DNA of 37,882 bases, taken from the NCBI RefSeq assembly GCF_006345805.1, contig NW_021835855.1, positions 1-37,882 on the forward strand, read 5' to 3'. The notes under the pieces were generated by a model, which saw only the letters and a list, made by a program, of their open reading frames with translations, was not told the DNA's origin and searched no databases. Within the stretch, counting starts at the first letter, position 1. The number at the start of each line of letters is the position of its first letter. The translations under genes were made by a program, and so were the position numbers. Source of the stretch: Octopus sinensis (lineage: Eukaryota). Below are positions 37,710-37,882 of the stretch, piece by piece.

Positions 37710-37882
37710 AACGATGAAGACGATGATGATGATAATAACGACGAAGATGAGGAGGAGGAGGAGGAAAAAGAAGAAGAAGAGGGGGATGAGGAGGAGGAGG
37801 AGGAAAAGAAGAAGAAAGGGGAGGATGGAGGGGAGGAGAGGAAAAAGAAGAAGAGGGAGGAAGGAAGAAGAAAGAAGAGAGG
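37710..37882. repeat. (GAT/GAC)n to (GAG/GAA)n purine-rich simple repeat
   Basis: Direct reading. Confidence 0.9.

Overview
AT-rich animal genomic DNA with no confidently identifiable protein-coding gene. The SINE families, LINE remnants and very high density of (TA)n/(CATA)n/(GATA)n/(ATT)n microsatellites are most consistent with an Octopus genome (intronic or intergenic); this rests on my recognition of the repeats, not on a database search. Nearly all listed ORFs are read-throughs of microsatellites or SINEs. Supported features: three main tRNA-derived SINE groups (here called A, B, C; many copies, several with exact target-site duplications), two internally deleted mariner transposons, a decayed L1/Tx1-type ORF2, a CR1-group LINE 3' remnant, and several Penelope-like (PLE) pieces. 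Most interesting observations: (1) a ~330-bp near-perfect palindrome (23211-23541) whose right arm carries a canonical minimal type-I hammerhead ribozyme; (2) a fixed-length non-coding element found twice, always inside (ATT)n arrays, one copy ending in six tandem re-copies of its terminal 19 nt; (3) one SINE head fused to four different tails within 6 kb; (4) SINE dimers sharing an exact junction; (5) a SINE-in-SINE chimera with twin-priming geometry; (6) a fold-back inversion plus 175-bp tandem duplication; (7) one candidate terminal exon encoding a GPI-signal-like tail. Many differences between near-identical copies are 1-nt homopolymer indels, so residual long-read assembly error is likely.
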